Assembly (NCBI GenBank): GCA_963816395.1 | Contig: CAWFKQ010000005.1 | Span: forward strand, 448,001-512,000 | Origin: an uncultured delta proteobacterium | Lineage (GTDB): Bacteria; Desulfobacterota; Desulfuromonadia; Desulfuromonadales; JACZKF01 | Direction: 5' to 3' | Length of the DNA stretch: 64,000 nucleotides | Shown: in pieces, positions 11,139 to 21,842 of the stretch | How the letters are laid out: each line of letters begins with the position of its first letter | Numbering within the stretch: the stretch's first letter is position 1 | Notes under the pieces: generated by a model | What the model was told of the DNA's origin: nothing | The model's database searches: none | Seen by the model: the letters and a program-made list of their open reading frames with translations, nothing else | Program-made: the position numbers and the translations under genes

Positions 11139-11860
11139 CGCCTCACGATCTTCCGGCGGCCCTGGACAGCCTTGGTCTGCTGCCGGATGAGAGTGCCGGG
11201 TTTTTCCAGGTGGAACTGCAGCCACATTTCCCCGTACCCTTTCATCTTCATCTTCCGCCCTTCGCGCAGGGCCTCCAGATTCGCCTGCAATCGTTCGTCG
11301 CCCTTGGTTTTCTTGAGCCCCTTCTCCAGAACGCTGGTCGCCTTATCCTTGTCTCCTATCCGCTCCAGGCAAAAGGCATAGAGATTCCACAACAACGCCT
11401 CCTTGCGGGTGGCGGCGGTCGCCTTCTCAAAGGTCTCAATCATCTTGCCGGGCTTGTTTTTCTTCATATAACAGATGGCGAGCATGCCCATGGCCATCCA
11501 ATGGCGGACGAGAGCGCGCTGCAGATAATCGAAGGCCGGCCCGAATTCCCGCCTGATATAAAGGATGGTGCCGATCTGGGCATCGAGCTGAGGGCGGATA
11601 TAGAACTGCCACCGGGCATACCTGTAGCCGCTCTCCAGAGTTTTCACCGCCTTCTCGACGCGCCCGGCCTGCAGATCCCGCTGCGCGACCTCCATCAGGG
11701 CGCCGATCTTCTTGAAGGTAAGGCGGGCCAGAAGGAGAAAGACGACGGTGAAAGCCGCCATGGCGGCCAGGGCGGCGATCCAGATATTGACTCCGGCGGG
11801 AACAGCCAAGGCGGCGAGGACGAGGGTAAAGACGAGCAGGGAGATGATCAGATTGAGCAT
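11135..11860 (-). CDS. Membrane-anchored TPR-like hypothetical protein
   Basis: Two N-terminal TM helices followed by helical TPR-like repeats. Confidence 0.7.
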   Translation of the reverse strand: MLNLIISLLVFTLVLAALAVPAGVNIWIAALAAMAAFTVVFLLLARLTFKKIGALMEVAQRDLQAGRVEKAVKTLESGYRYARWQFYIRPQLDAQIGTILYIRREFGPAFDYLQRALVRHWMAMGMLAICYMKKNKPGKMIETFEKATAATRKEALLWNLYAFCLERIGDKDKATSVLEKGLKKTKGDERLQANLEALREGRKMKMKGYGEMWLQFHLEKPGTLIRQQTKAVQGRRKIVRR

Positions 11861-11909
11861 GCGCTGGTGGGTCCTTTCCGCATTGTATTCCGGGGAATTT
11901 GGCGGACAG

Positions 11910-11938
11910 AGTGTAGCAACCCCGCCAGGAAAAGTCAA
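11910..11938 (-). promoter_or_regulatory. Sigma70-type promoter for the TPR-smr pair
   Basis: Minus strand TTGACT-17 bp-(TGc)TACACT. Confidence 0.6.
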
Positions 11939-12111
11939 AGCAATAAGGGGGGAAACCTTACCCAGTTCAAGCGCTTTGGCGAACCAGGGCGACGCTCTTC
12001 GTCACTGTTCGGCAGGGTTCGCCGGGAACCCGGCCGCGACAAGGGGCATCCGGTACACGGGTGGGGGGCGGTGGCCATCCTCCCGGCGTCCCGGAAGGAT
12101 GGCGGGTGCGA

Positions 12112-14036
12112 CTATCCGCGGCTATCGTCGCCAACCAGCAGAGTCAGCTGGTCACCGGGATGCAGCACATCCTCTGCCGCCAGGTTGTTCCAGTCCATGA
12201 TCTTCCGCGTGGCGACGTCGAACTTGCGGCCGATCTGCCACAGGGTATCACCGGGCTGGACATGATAGATAATCTTGCGCATGGCGGCATGTTCGTTTCC
12301 GGCCGCAGCAACGATGGTGAGTTTCTCCCCCGGCTGAAGAACATGTCCCTGCTCCAGCCGGTTCCAGGTGCGCAGCTGATAAGTGGTCACCCCGTAACGG
12401 CGGCCGATCTGCCACAGGCTGTCCCCCGTCTGCACCTGGTAGACGATCCGGCGCCCTGTCGTCTTCTCCTGTTTGGCCACGACCGCCGGGCCGTCCCTGG
12501 CGACCAGCCACCATGAGGACCTGCCCGGGGTGAAGGAGGCTGTCGCGCCGCAGGTGATTCCAGGCCCGCAGATCCGTGCCACTGACACCAAACTTGCGGC
12601 CGATGCTCCACAGGTTGTCCCCCCGGCGCACTTTATAGGCAATGGTGCCGTGCTTCGCCGGCGGCTGGCCGTGGAGCTCCTGCAGAGGCAGTCGGCTCCA
12701 CCCCTTGCGCAGGGGGAGAATCAGATCGGCGCCGATCTGCAGGGCCCGGGGATTGCGGATGTGATTCATCGCAACGATATCCTCAACCCGGATTCCATAG
12801 CGATCGGCGAGGGCGAGCAGGGTGTCGCCGCTGTGGACCTGGTGGCGCAGGTAGTTGGCACGTTTTTCCGCCGGCAGCAGTGAATACTGCTTCTCGAACT
12901 GCTCTTTCGTGCCGGCTGGAATGCGCAGAGCATAATTCCGTTCCCCGGGCGGAGTACACCAGCGCTTGAGCTCGGGGTTCAGTTCCTTGAGTTCCTCATA
13001 GCTGGACTCGCAGTACTTGGCCACCGTCTCCAGATCGGTAGGGGTAGGGATCTGAACGGTATCGAAGGCCAGCGGTTCCTGGTAGGCAAGGTCGGTAAAA
13101 CCGTATTTTTCCGGCTCCTTGGCTATCAGCAGCACAGCCAGGAGTTTCGGTACGTAATTCTTGGTCTCGGTGGCCAGAAAAGGATGCCGGCTGAGTTCCC
13201 AGAAATCATGCGAGTCGTATTTCTCCACCGCCCGCTGGATTTTGCCGGGACCGGCGTTATAGGACGCCACCGCAAGGTACCAGTCTCCATCGAAACGGGC
13301 GTAAAGGTCCTTGAGGAATCGGGCAGCGGCCCGGGTTGATTTCTCGAAATCGCGCCGCTCGTCACGCCACCAGTCGCTCTCCATTCCGTAGAGGCGACCG
13401 GTGCTGCCGATGAACTGCCAGGGACCGACGGCATGCGCCCAGCTGTAGGCGCGATTGTTGAAGCCCGATTCGACCAGGGCAAGGTAGGCGAGGTCCTGCG
13501 GCAGACCTTCTTCAGCGAAGGTCTGCCGCATCAGCGGCAAATAGCGCCCCGAGCGCTCCAGCCAGCGAGACAATACCGTTTTCGCCGGTCCGGTAAAATA
13601 GTCAATGTAATAATGGACCTTTTCGTTCTCCACCACCGGAAAATCGAAGAAAACCTCATCGGCCGCTACCGTCTGCCCCTCGTTCTCCGGCGGATTTTCC
13701 CCAATCCCCGAAAGCACCAGGTTATCTTCCAGGGTTTCGGCATCCGGCGGGTCCTCGGAAGAGTCTTCCGCTGTGGCGAAAAGTTCATCGCTGTCGGAGA
13801 GGGAAAAGGAAGTCCCGATCTGGTCAGGGAAAAGGCTGTCGAAATCTGGCTTAAAAGCGGGATTCCGCACCACCGGAGTAGCCCCCGCCTGCGGCTTTTC
13901 GTTATTTTCCGAGCAGCGTAGCCCCCACCGGCGGGGGCGAATCGACCGTATCGGCGGGGGTGGACGGGGCTTCCCGGAGAGCCGGCGAAACGCACCCTCC
14001 CACCAGCAGCACAAGCAGGACATACCACCATTTCAT
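12112..14036 (-). CDS. MltD-like lytic transglycosylase lipoprotein with four LysM domains (frameshifts near 13920, 12490)
   Basis: Start MKWWYVLLVLLVGGC (lipobox). SLT motifs LALVESGF, AVGPWQFI, AVASYNAGPG, ETKNYVPK. Repeated YxVxxGDxLWxIG LysM units. Confidence 0.88.
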
Positions 14037-14273
14037 TGAGCAAAAACCTCCTGCGAACAGCTAAGACGAATACGAACAAGGGCCGGACCGTGTCCGGACA
14101 TGATCGGGCACCGGCTAGCCGGTGCGCTACCCGACCCATCAAACGGTTGCATCAGATGCAATTTCCGCTCCTCTCCGGGAAGGAGGTGGAGCTTATGGCT
14201 TGGCGGAAGACTGGTGCCGACAAAGATTGAGATTCATCGCCCGAGCCTGGCGCAATAATGCCGGATTCCGCGG

Positions 14274-15899
<1,626 letters not shown>

Positions 15900-15956
15900 G
15901 GGAGGGAAGAGGCCGGAAACTCGGACAGAGCCTCCGGAGGAATGAGGGAGGCCAGC

Positions 15957-16724
15957 TCAGGCCCCCTGGATGTTGTAGCCGGCATCGACGAAATGGATTT
16001 CTCCCGTCACCCCGCTGGCCAGGTCGGAGAGCAGGTAAAGGGCCGATTTTCCGACTTCTTCCTGGGAAACGCAGCGGTGCAGCGGCGCCCGCTCGTCCAT
16101 CAGCTTGAGTTTTTCCCGGAAATTGGCGATGCCGGAAGCGGCCAGCGTCTTGATCGGTCCAGCGGAAATGGCGTTTACCCTGATCCCCTGCTGGCCGACT
16201 TCGGCCGCCAGATAGCGGACGGAAGCCTCCAGGGCCGCCTTAGCCACCCCCATGACGTTGTAGTTGGGGATCACCCGACTGGCCCCGAGATAGGTCAGGG
16301 CGACGATGCTGCCGCCCTTCTTCATCAAGGGGGCGGCGCCGCGCGCCATTGCCACCAGGGAATAGGCACTGATATCCAACGCCAGATGAAAACCGTCGCG
16401 GGAGGTCTGGCTGAAAGACTTCTTCAGATCCTCGCGGTTGGCGAAGGCGACCGCGTGCACGACGAAGTCAATCTCCCCCCACTTCTCTCCGGCGGTTTTG
16501 AACACCGCATCGATCTCCTCGTCACTGGCCACATCGCAGGGGAGGATCAGCTCGGCGCCGACGCTTTCCGCCAGGGGGCGGACCCGCTTCTCCAGAGCTT
16601 CGTTGAGATAAGTAAAGGCCAGTGTAGCCCCATGCGCGTTGAGCTCCTGGGCGATCCCCCAGGCGATGCTCATTTCATTCGCCACCCCGAAAATGATGCC
16701 GCGTTTGCCTGACATCAGACCCAT
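15957..16724 (-). CDS. fabI: Enoyl-ACP reductase
   Basis: GVANEMSIAWGIA, YNVMGVAKAALE, ISAGPIKTLAASGI. Confidence 0.95.
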   Translation of the reverse strand: MGLMSGKRGIIFGVANEMSIAWGIAQELNAHGATLAFTYLNEALEKRVRPLAESVGAELILPCDVASDEEIDAVFKTAGEKWGEIDFVVHAVAFANREDLKKSFSQTSRDGFHLALDISAYSLVAMARGAAPLMKKGGSIVALTYLGASRVIPNYNVMGVAKAALEASVRYLAAEVGQQGIRVNAISAGPIKTLAASGIANFREKLKLMDERAPLHRCVSQEEVGKSALYLLSDLASGVTGEIHFVDAGYNIQGA

Positions 16725-16762
16725 TGAATACTTCCTCCTTTAATCCGAGTGAATAGGATCTT

Positions 16763-17599
16763 TTAGCAGATCAGACCCGACAAAGCAAGAAATTTGCCGG
16801 CCGGCGGCTCACTTGGCGACCGGAGCGCAGGGGCGGCGGCGGTGGGATCAATGAGCTTCAGCAGGTCGTCGGCACTCTTATAGCCGGGCACCACCAAGCC
16901 GTTGGGGAGGATCAGGGTTGGGGTTGAGTGGATGCCGAGCTCCTGGGCCAGGGCGATATTCTCATCCACCACCTTGGTCTCGCACAGGGGCGGCGGCACC
17001 GTTTTGCCGGCAAAGCTCTGCTCCAGCAGGTCCAGCGATTTGGTGCAGACGATGCTCTTGGCCGCGGAGTAGGCATTGGGATGCATTTTCAGGGGAAACA
17101 TCTTGATCAGAAAGGCGACATTGGGATCGCGTTTTACCACTTCCTTGAGCTCCCCATGCAGGCGCTTGCAATAGGGGCACTCGGGATCGGTGAAGACGAT
17201 CACCTTGGTCTTCGCCTTGCTGTTGCCCACCAGCAGGGTGTCTTCCAGCGGGATTTTTGCCGGATCGACCCGGTTCAGCTCGGCAAGGCGCTGGCTGGTG
17301 ATATTCTGGTGGTCGGCGAGGCGGATGATGTTGCCGGTAAAGACGTATTTCTTGGAATAATCGATATAGAGGGGAAACTTCTGGCTGTTTTTCTCCACCT
17401 CAACCGCCCACAGGCCGGGAACCTGCGACGACTCGACCTTGATGACCCGATCGACCCCTCCCTTAAGTAGATCGCCAGCTTCGGTCACCGTCAGCTTATG
17501 GCAGTCGCTGCATTTTCTGCTGTCGCCGGCGACCGGCGCAAAGGCATAGCTGCTCACCACCGTGGACAGCAAAATAAACAGGGAAATCAAAATCTTCAT
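16763..17599 (-). CDS. dsbC: DsbC-family thiol:disulfide isomerase with N-terminal CxxCH motif
   Basis: Signal peptide, DsbC dimerisation region (VPGLWAVEV), FTDPECPYC active site, STPT cis-Pro loop; CSDCH just after the signal peptide. Confidence 0.85.
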   Translation of the reverse strand: MKILISLFILLSTVVSSYAFAPVAGDSRKCSDCHKLTVTEAGDLLKGGVDRVIKVESSQVPGLWAVEVEKNSQKFPLYIDYSKKYVFTGNIIRLADHQNITSQRLAELNRVDPAKIPLEDTLLVGNSKAKTKVIVFTDPECPYCKRLHGELKEVVKRDPNVAFLIKMFPLKMHPNAYSAAKSIVCTKSLDLLEQSFAGKTVPPPLCETKVVDENIALAQELGIHSTPTLILPNGLVVPGYKSADDLLKLIDPTAAAPALRSPSEPPAGKFLALSGLIC

Positions 17600-17701
17600 C
17601 GCTCATTCCTCTCTGGCATTGGGATCGCGTCGGGTCACCAATGCTATACCCGTTAACGCCCTTTTGGCAAGCCTGATTGGGACCTAACCGGAAGGGAATT
17701 G

Positions 17702-17730
17702 TTGACAGGGCATAAACGCCCTTCTAAGAT
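17702..17730 (+). promoter_or_regulatory. Sigma70-type promoter of mntP
   Basis: TTGACA-17 bp-TAAGAT. Confidence 0.65.
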
Positions 17731-17787
17731 GCCACTCCGCTCACCGAACCGGATTGACCGGCGGCACAGCGGCACGAGATCGGTACA

Positions 17788-18351
17788 ATGGATTGGATTT
17801 CTCTTCTCGGCATTGCCGTCGCCCTGGCCATGGATGCCTTCGCCGTGGCGCTGGCGGCGGGGCTGACCATCGATCCGCTGACCGGCCGCCAGGTTTTCCG
17901 GCTGGGTTTTCATTTCGGCCTGTTTCAGGCGGGAATGCCGGTACTCGGCTGGCTGGCCGGCCTTTCGGTGCAACGCTGGATAGCCAGCTATGATCATTGG
18001 CTGGCTTTCGCTCTGCTCTCTCTGATCGGCGGCAGAATGATTTACGAGGCATTGCGGGGTGGGGAGGAAAGGACGAAGGATGATCCCACGCGCGGCTGGA
18101 GCCTGGTTCTGCTCTCCGTCGCCACCAGCATCGATGCGCTGGCGGTGGGGCTATCGCTCGCCATGCTCGGCCTCAGCATCTGGCTGCCGGCTGCCGTAAT
18201 CGGCGGCGTCTGCGTTATCTTCACAGTCACCGGCATGCTGCTCGGCCGCCGGATCAGCTCCCTATGGGGTACCCGGGTCGAGATTTTCGGCGGCCTGGTC
18301 CTCATCGCCATCGGCATCAAGATCGTCCTGCAGCATACTGTTCTGCCATAA
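17788..18351 (+). CDS. mntP: Manganese efflux pump MntP
   Basis: ALAMDAFAVA, FGLFQAGMP, ATSIDALAVG motifs; about 6 TM segments. Confidence 0.92.
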   Translation: MDWISLLGIAVALAMDAFAVALAAGLTIDPLTGRQVFRLGFHFGLFQAGMPVLGWLAGLSVQRWIASYDHWLAFALLSLIGGRMIYEALRGGEERTKDDPTRGWSLVLLSVATSIDALAVGLSLAMLGLSIWLPAAVIGGVCVIFTVTGMLLGRRISSLWGTRVEIFGGLVLIAIGIKIVLQHTVLP

Positions 18352-18359
18352 ACGGCCAA

Positions 18360-18614
18360 TCAGTGATGCCGCAGGGCATCGATCAAATCGGACTTGTCCA
18401 TCTTCGAGCGCCCTTCGATCCCCACCTCTTTTGCCTTTTGATACAGGTCATTTTTCGTCCAGTCCTCATATTTCGCTGCCCGGCCGCCCTTCCTGCCGGC
18501 TTCCCGGCGGTCGGTATTGGCGATTCGCGCCGCCTTTTCCTTACTCATCCCCTGCCCCCGAAGGGCTTCGTACTGCTCATCGTCCTTTATCTGCGGTCCG
18601 TGGTCCTTAGCCAT
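18360..18614 (-). CDS. Small stress-type protein with Rho-N-like C-terminal domain
   Basis: IKDDEQYEALR.QGMSKEKAARIAN plus WTKNDLYQKAKEVGIEGRSKMDKSDLIDAL. Confidence 0.75.
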   Translation of the reverse strand: MAKDHGPQIKDDEQYEALRGQGMSKEKAARIANTDRREAGRKGGRAAKYEDWTKNDLYQKAKEVGIEGRSKMDKSDLIDALRHH

Positions 18615-18737
18615 CGGTTTCTCCTTTCTTTATCTTTTCCCGAGGAAAAACCCGTCAGCCGGGTCCTTCTCTGCAACTGAGACATCTGCCGCGTGGCTCG
18701 GTCTTGGCGAATGGGGGCCGGCATCCGCGCTGGCTCG

Positions 18738-19145
18738 TCAGGGACGCCACGTCCACCATTCGTTGGGCCAACCGTAGGGCGGGCCGCCATACCAGTACCC
18801 CGGACCGCCCGGCGTCCAGAAGGTGGTGTCCTGGAGATACTGGTTGCGGCGCACGGCATCCAGATAGGTCTGCTGCATGTAGTTGATCACATTATCCGGT
18901 ACCCCCTGGTCGCGCAGGTCGGCCAGCTTGCTCGCATCCAGCCGATAAATAGTCTCCGACTTGCGCATCTTCTCCAGTATCTGATCGGCGGGAATACCGG
19001 CGCGGCTCATCTGTATCACCTCCTCCACGGTGACCGGGTGGGAAGCGGGCTCTCGCATGCCGGCGCAGGCCGTCAGAAAGACGATCATGAGCATGGCACC
19101 GACAGCCGGTGCTTTTCCCAACGAAAGACACCGCAGCCCGGACAT
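18738..19145 (-). CDS. Hypothetical lipoprotein
   Basis: LTAC lipobox, helical EVIQMSRAG...LRDQGVPDNVI domain, W/Y/P/G-rich tail. Confidence 0.65.
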   Translation of the reverse strand: MSGLRCLSLGKAPAVGAMLMIVFLTACAGMREPASHPVTVEEVIQMSRAGIPADQILEKMRKSETIYRLDASKLADLRDQGVPDNVINYMQQTYLDAVRRNQYLQDTTFWTPGGPGYWYGGPPYGWPNEWWTWRP

Positions 19146-19240
19146 AAGCCCTCCTTTATCAGCGTTTACAGTGATTCTGCCGGAAAAATCTCCGGATGCA
19201 AGGCGGCCACGCGAAAGTGAGGTGTGAGGCAGAAATCGGT

Positions 19241-19723
19241 TTATGGTGAGTGTCGGCGGCGATAAAGAACATGCCGGAAGTCAGGAAATTGGCATGATTC
19301 CATCTCTTCCCATTCCCCCCTGTCCCAGGCAGGAAAGTGCTCCTCCCCCGGATAATCCCCGGCAATCCAGGAGATGCGCAGAGAATCGGCAATGGGCAGA
19401 GCCTGGGTATAGATGCTGCGGCCACCGATGAAAAAGAGCTTCTCCGCACCGGCCGCCTGCGCCAGGGCCTCGGCGAAGCTGCGGCAGATCTCGATACCGG
19501 GAGCGGGTCCGAGGGACCGGCTGACCACCAGATTGCGCCGGTTCGGCAGCGGCCGACCGATCGATTCAAAGGTCCTGCGCCCCATGAGCAGCGGGTGGCC
19601 AACGGTCAATTGCCGGAAAAGCCGCAGCTCCGCGGGCAGATGCCAGGGGATGGCGCCCTCGCGGCCAATCACCTGCGCTTCCGTCATCGCCACGAGAATG
19701 ATTTTTTTCTGCATTTGCTCCAT
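19241..19723 (-). CDS. folA: Dihydrofolate reductase
   Basis: VIG..GAIPWHLP, LLMGRRTFESIGRPLPNRRNLVVS, FFIGG. Start uncertain (19714-19744). Confidence 0.9.
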   Translation of the reverse strand: MEQMQKKIILVAMTEAQVIGREGAIPWHLPAELRLFRQLTVGHPLLMGRRTFESIGRPLPNRRNLVVSRSLGPAPGIEICRSFAEALAQAAGAEKLFFIGGRSIYTQALPIADSLRISWIAGDYPGEEHFPAWDRGEWEEMESCQFPDFRHVLYRRRHSP

Positions 19724-19765
19724 GCGGTTACTGTTCCGCAACATTTCTCCACGGTTCTGCGGTCC

Positions 19766-21586
19766 TTATCCCAGCATTTCCCGCCGGCGCTCATCTTCCC
19801 GCCGCAAGTGCCGTCGCCGTTCCCTTTCCCGCCTCTCGGGACCGGTGTAGGCCTGTGCCTGGCGCTGCACCAGGAGGGCGTAATAGCCCCCCGCAGCCAG
19901 GAGTTCCTCGTGCCGCCCCGACTCGAGAATCCGGCCGTCCTTGAGAACGACGATGCGATCGGCGTTCACCACGGTGGAGAGGCGATGGGCAATGACGAAG
20001 GTGGTGCGCCCAAGGATCAGCCTCTCCAGTGCCTCCTGCACCTGCGCCTCCAGTTCCACATCGAGGGCAGAAGTAGCCTCGTCAAGGATGAGGATCGGCG
20101 GGTCCTTCAGCAGGGCCCGGGCAATGGCGATGCGCTGCCGCTCGCCGCCGGAGAGTCGACTGCCGCGCTCCCCGACTTCCGTATCGTACCCTTTTTCCAG
20201 GGCCATGATGAAGTCGTGGGCATTGGCGGCCCGCGCCGCCGCCTCGATCTCCTCGCGGCTCGCCTCGGGACGGCCGTAGGCGATGTTGTCGCGCACCGGC
20301 TCATTAAACAACAGGGCGTCCTGCAGCACCACCCCGATATGCCGCCGCATGCTCATCTGCCGCAGGCCGCGCAAGTCCCTGCCGTCCAGGCGGATGACAC
20401 CGCGGGTCGGATCATAGAACCGCTGCAGCAGGGCCATCATGGTGCTCTTGCCGGCGCCGCTGGGGCCGACTATGGCGATCATCTCTCCCGGCTGCACTCG
20501 CAGATCGATGCCGCGCAGGATGACATTCCCGGTCGCACCGTAGGCGAAGTGCACGTCCTCGAACTCCACCTCGCCACGCAGCGCGGTCACCTCCCGAGCA
20601 TCCGGGGCATCGCCGATGTGCTCCTGGGTGTCGAGGATGGCAAAGATCTGGTCGAGAGAGACGCTGGCGGTGCGCAAAGTTTTATAGATCCCGGTCAACC
20701 CCTGCACCGGCCCGAACAGGCCACCGACGTAACCGAGAAAAGCCACCAGGGTGCCGAGGGTCGCCTCGCCGTGCAGGATAAGCAGCCCACCGGCAGCGAT
20801 AGCGGCCAGGCGGGCCGCGGTAACAGCGACATTCTGCAGGGCGCCGACGCTCGAATCGAAGCCGATACCGCGGACCACCACCCGGTTCGCATCCTCCACA
20901 TCCCGGAGGAAGCGGCGTTTTTCAGCGTCCTCCATGGCGAAGCTGCGCACCGTCACGATCCCCGAAAGAATTTCGTTGAAACGGGCATAGATGCGGGCCC
21001 ATTTATCCATCAGGAACTGCTCGCGGCGCGTCTGGTTCGGGGCCGCGAAAGCGGCGACCGCCGCCGGCAGCGGGGCGAATGCAAGCACCAGCACGGTCAG
21101 GCGCCAGTCAAGGCGCAGCATGACGACGATCGCCAGGACCAGATAAGCGAGGGCCGGCAGGACGTTGAAAGAGATCTCGCTGATCGCCCCGATGAACCCC
21201 TGGATACCCCGTTCGAGACGGGTCATGATCGCCCCCACTCCCTCCCGTCGATGGATATCATGCGGCAGCCGGTGCAGTTTCTCCACCGTGGCGTCGAGCA
21301 GGGCATAATGAATACCGATGCGCGTTCGCCAGGAGAGCCAGTTGGAAAAGCCGCCGCCGATTTCCCGGAACACGGCCAGCCCGACCAGCAGCAGCACTCC
21401 CGTCAACAGCGCCCGCAGCGTGCCGTTCCCACCCAGCCGGTCGAAGATATATTTCATCACCAGCGGCTCCAGGGCGTTGGCCGCCGCCACCACAAAGGTG
21501 ATGAACAGAATCAGCACCACCAGCCTGCGGTGCGGCCGGGCAAAAGCCATCGCCCGACGCAGGCGGGAAGGTCCTCCGGTCTGCAT
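19766..21586 (-). CDS. ABC exporter, fused TMD-NBD (MsbA/Sav1866-like)
   Basis: 6-TM domain plus GPSGAGKST, LSGGERQR, ILDEATSALD, IAHRLST. Confidence 0.92.
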   Translation of the reverse strand: MQTGGPSRLRRAMAFARPHRRLVVLILFITFVVAAANALEPLVMKYIFDRLGGNGTLRALLTGVLLLVGLAVFREIGGGFSNWLSWRTRIGIHYALLDATVEKLHRLPHDIHRREGVGAIMTRLERGIQGFIGAISEISFNVLPALAYLVLAIVVMLRLDWRLTVLVLAFAPLPAAVAAFAAPNQTRREQFLMDKWARIYARFNEILSGIVTVRSFAMEDAEKRRFLRDVEDANRVVVRGIGFDSSVGALQNVAVTAARLAAIAAGGLLILHGEATLGTLVAFLGYVGGLFGPVQGLTGIYKTLRTASVSLDQIFAILDTQEHIGDAPDAREVTALRGEVEFEDVHFAYGATGNVILRGIDLRVQPGEMIAIVGPSGAGKSTMMALLQRFYDPTRGVIRLDGRDLRGLRQMSMRRHIGVVLQDALLFNEPVRDNIAYGRPEASREEIEAAARAANAHDFIMALEKGYDTEVGERGSRLSGGERQRIAIARALLKDPPILILDEATSALDVELEAQVQEALERLILGRTTFVIAHRLSTVVNADRIVVLKDGRILESGRHEELLAAGGYYALLVQRQAQAYTGPERRERERRRHLRREDERRREMLG

Positions 21587-21769
21587 CGGCTACTCCTCGC
21601 GGATACGCACTTTCTGGGATTATAGACGAGGCCGGCAGCGCGGGCCAGCAGTTACCGGCGAGGAGGCCGCTGTGCAGCAGGAGCGATACTTTCAGCCCGG
21701 TTTTTGTCCAACCAAAGTTCGGGTAGAAAAAACAAGCGGATAGGCAGGTTTAAAATCCAACCGACGGCC

Positions 21770-21798
21770 TTGACATCCGCCTCAGCCAGCACCATAAT
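21770..21798 (+). promoter_or_regulatory. Sigma70-type promoter of the asnB cassette
   Basis: TTGACA-17 bp-CATAAT, 44 bp upstream of the asnB ATG. Confidence 0.6.
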
Positions 21799-21842
21799 TA
21801 AACCCGAAAATTAAATTACTTTAATTCATTGGGATAACTTCC

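Noticed and set aside
11985..12110. GC-rich hairpins (CCGGAAGG) as SRP RNA or another ncRNA
   Set aside because: The full SRP domain IV motif is absent. A simple hairpin after the mltD-like stop codon explains it.
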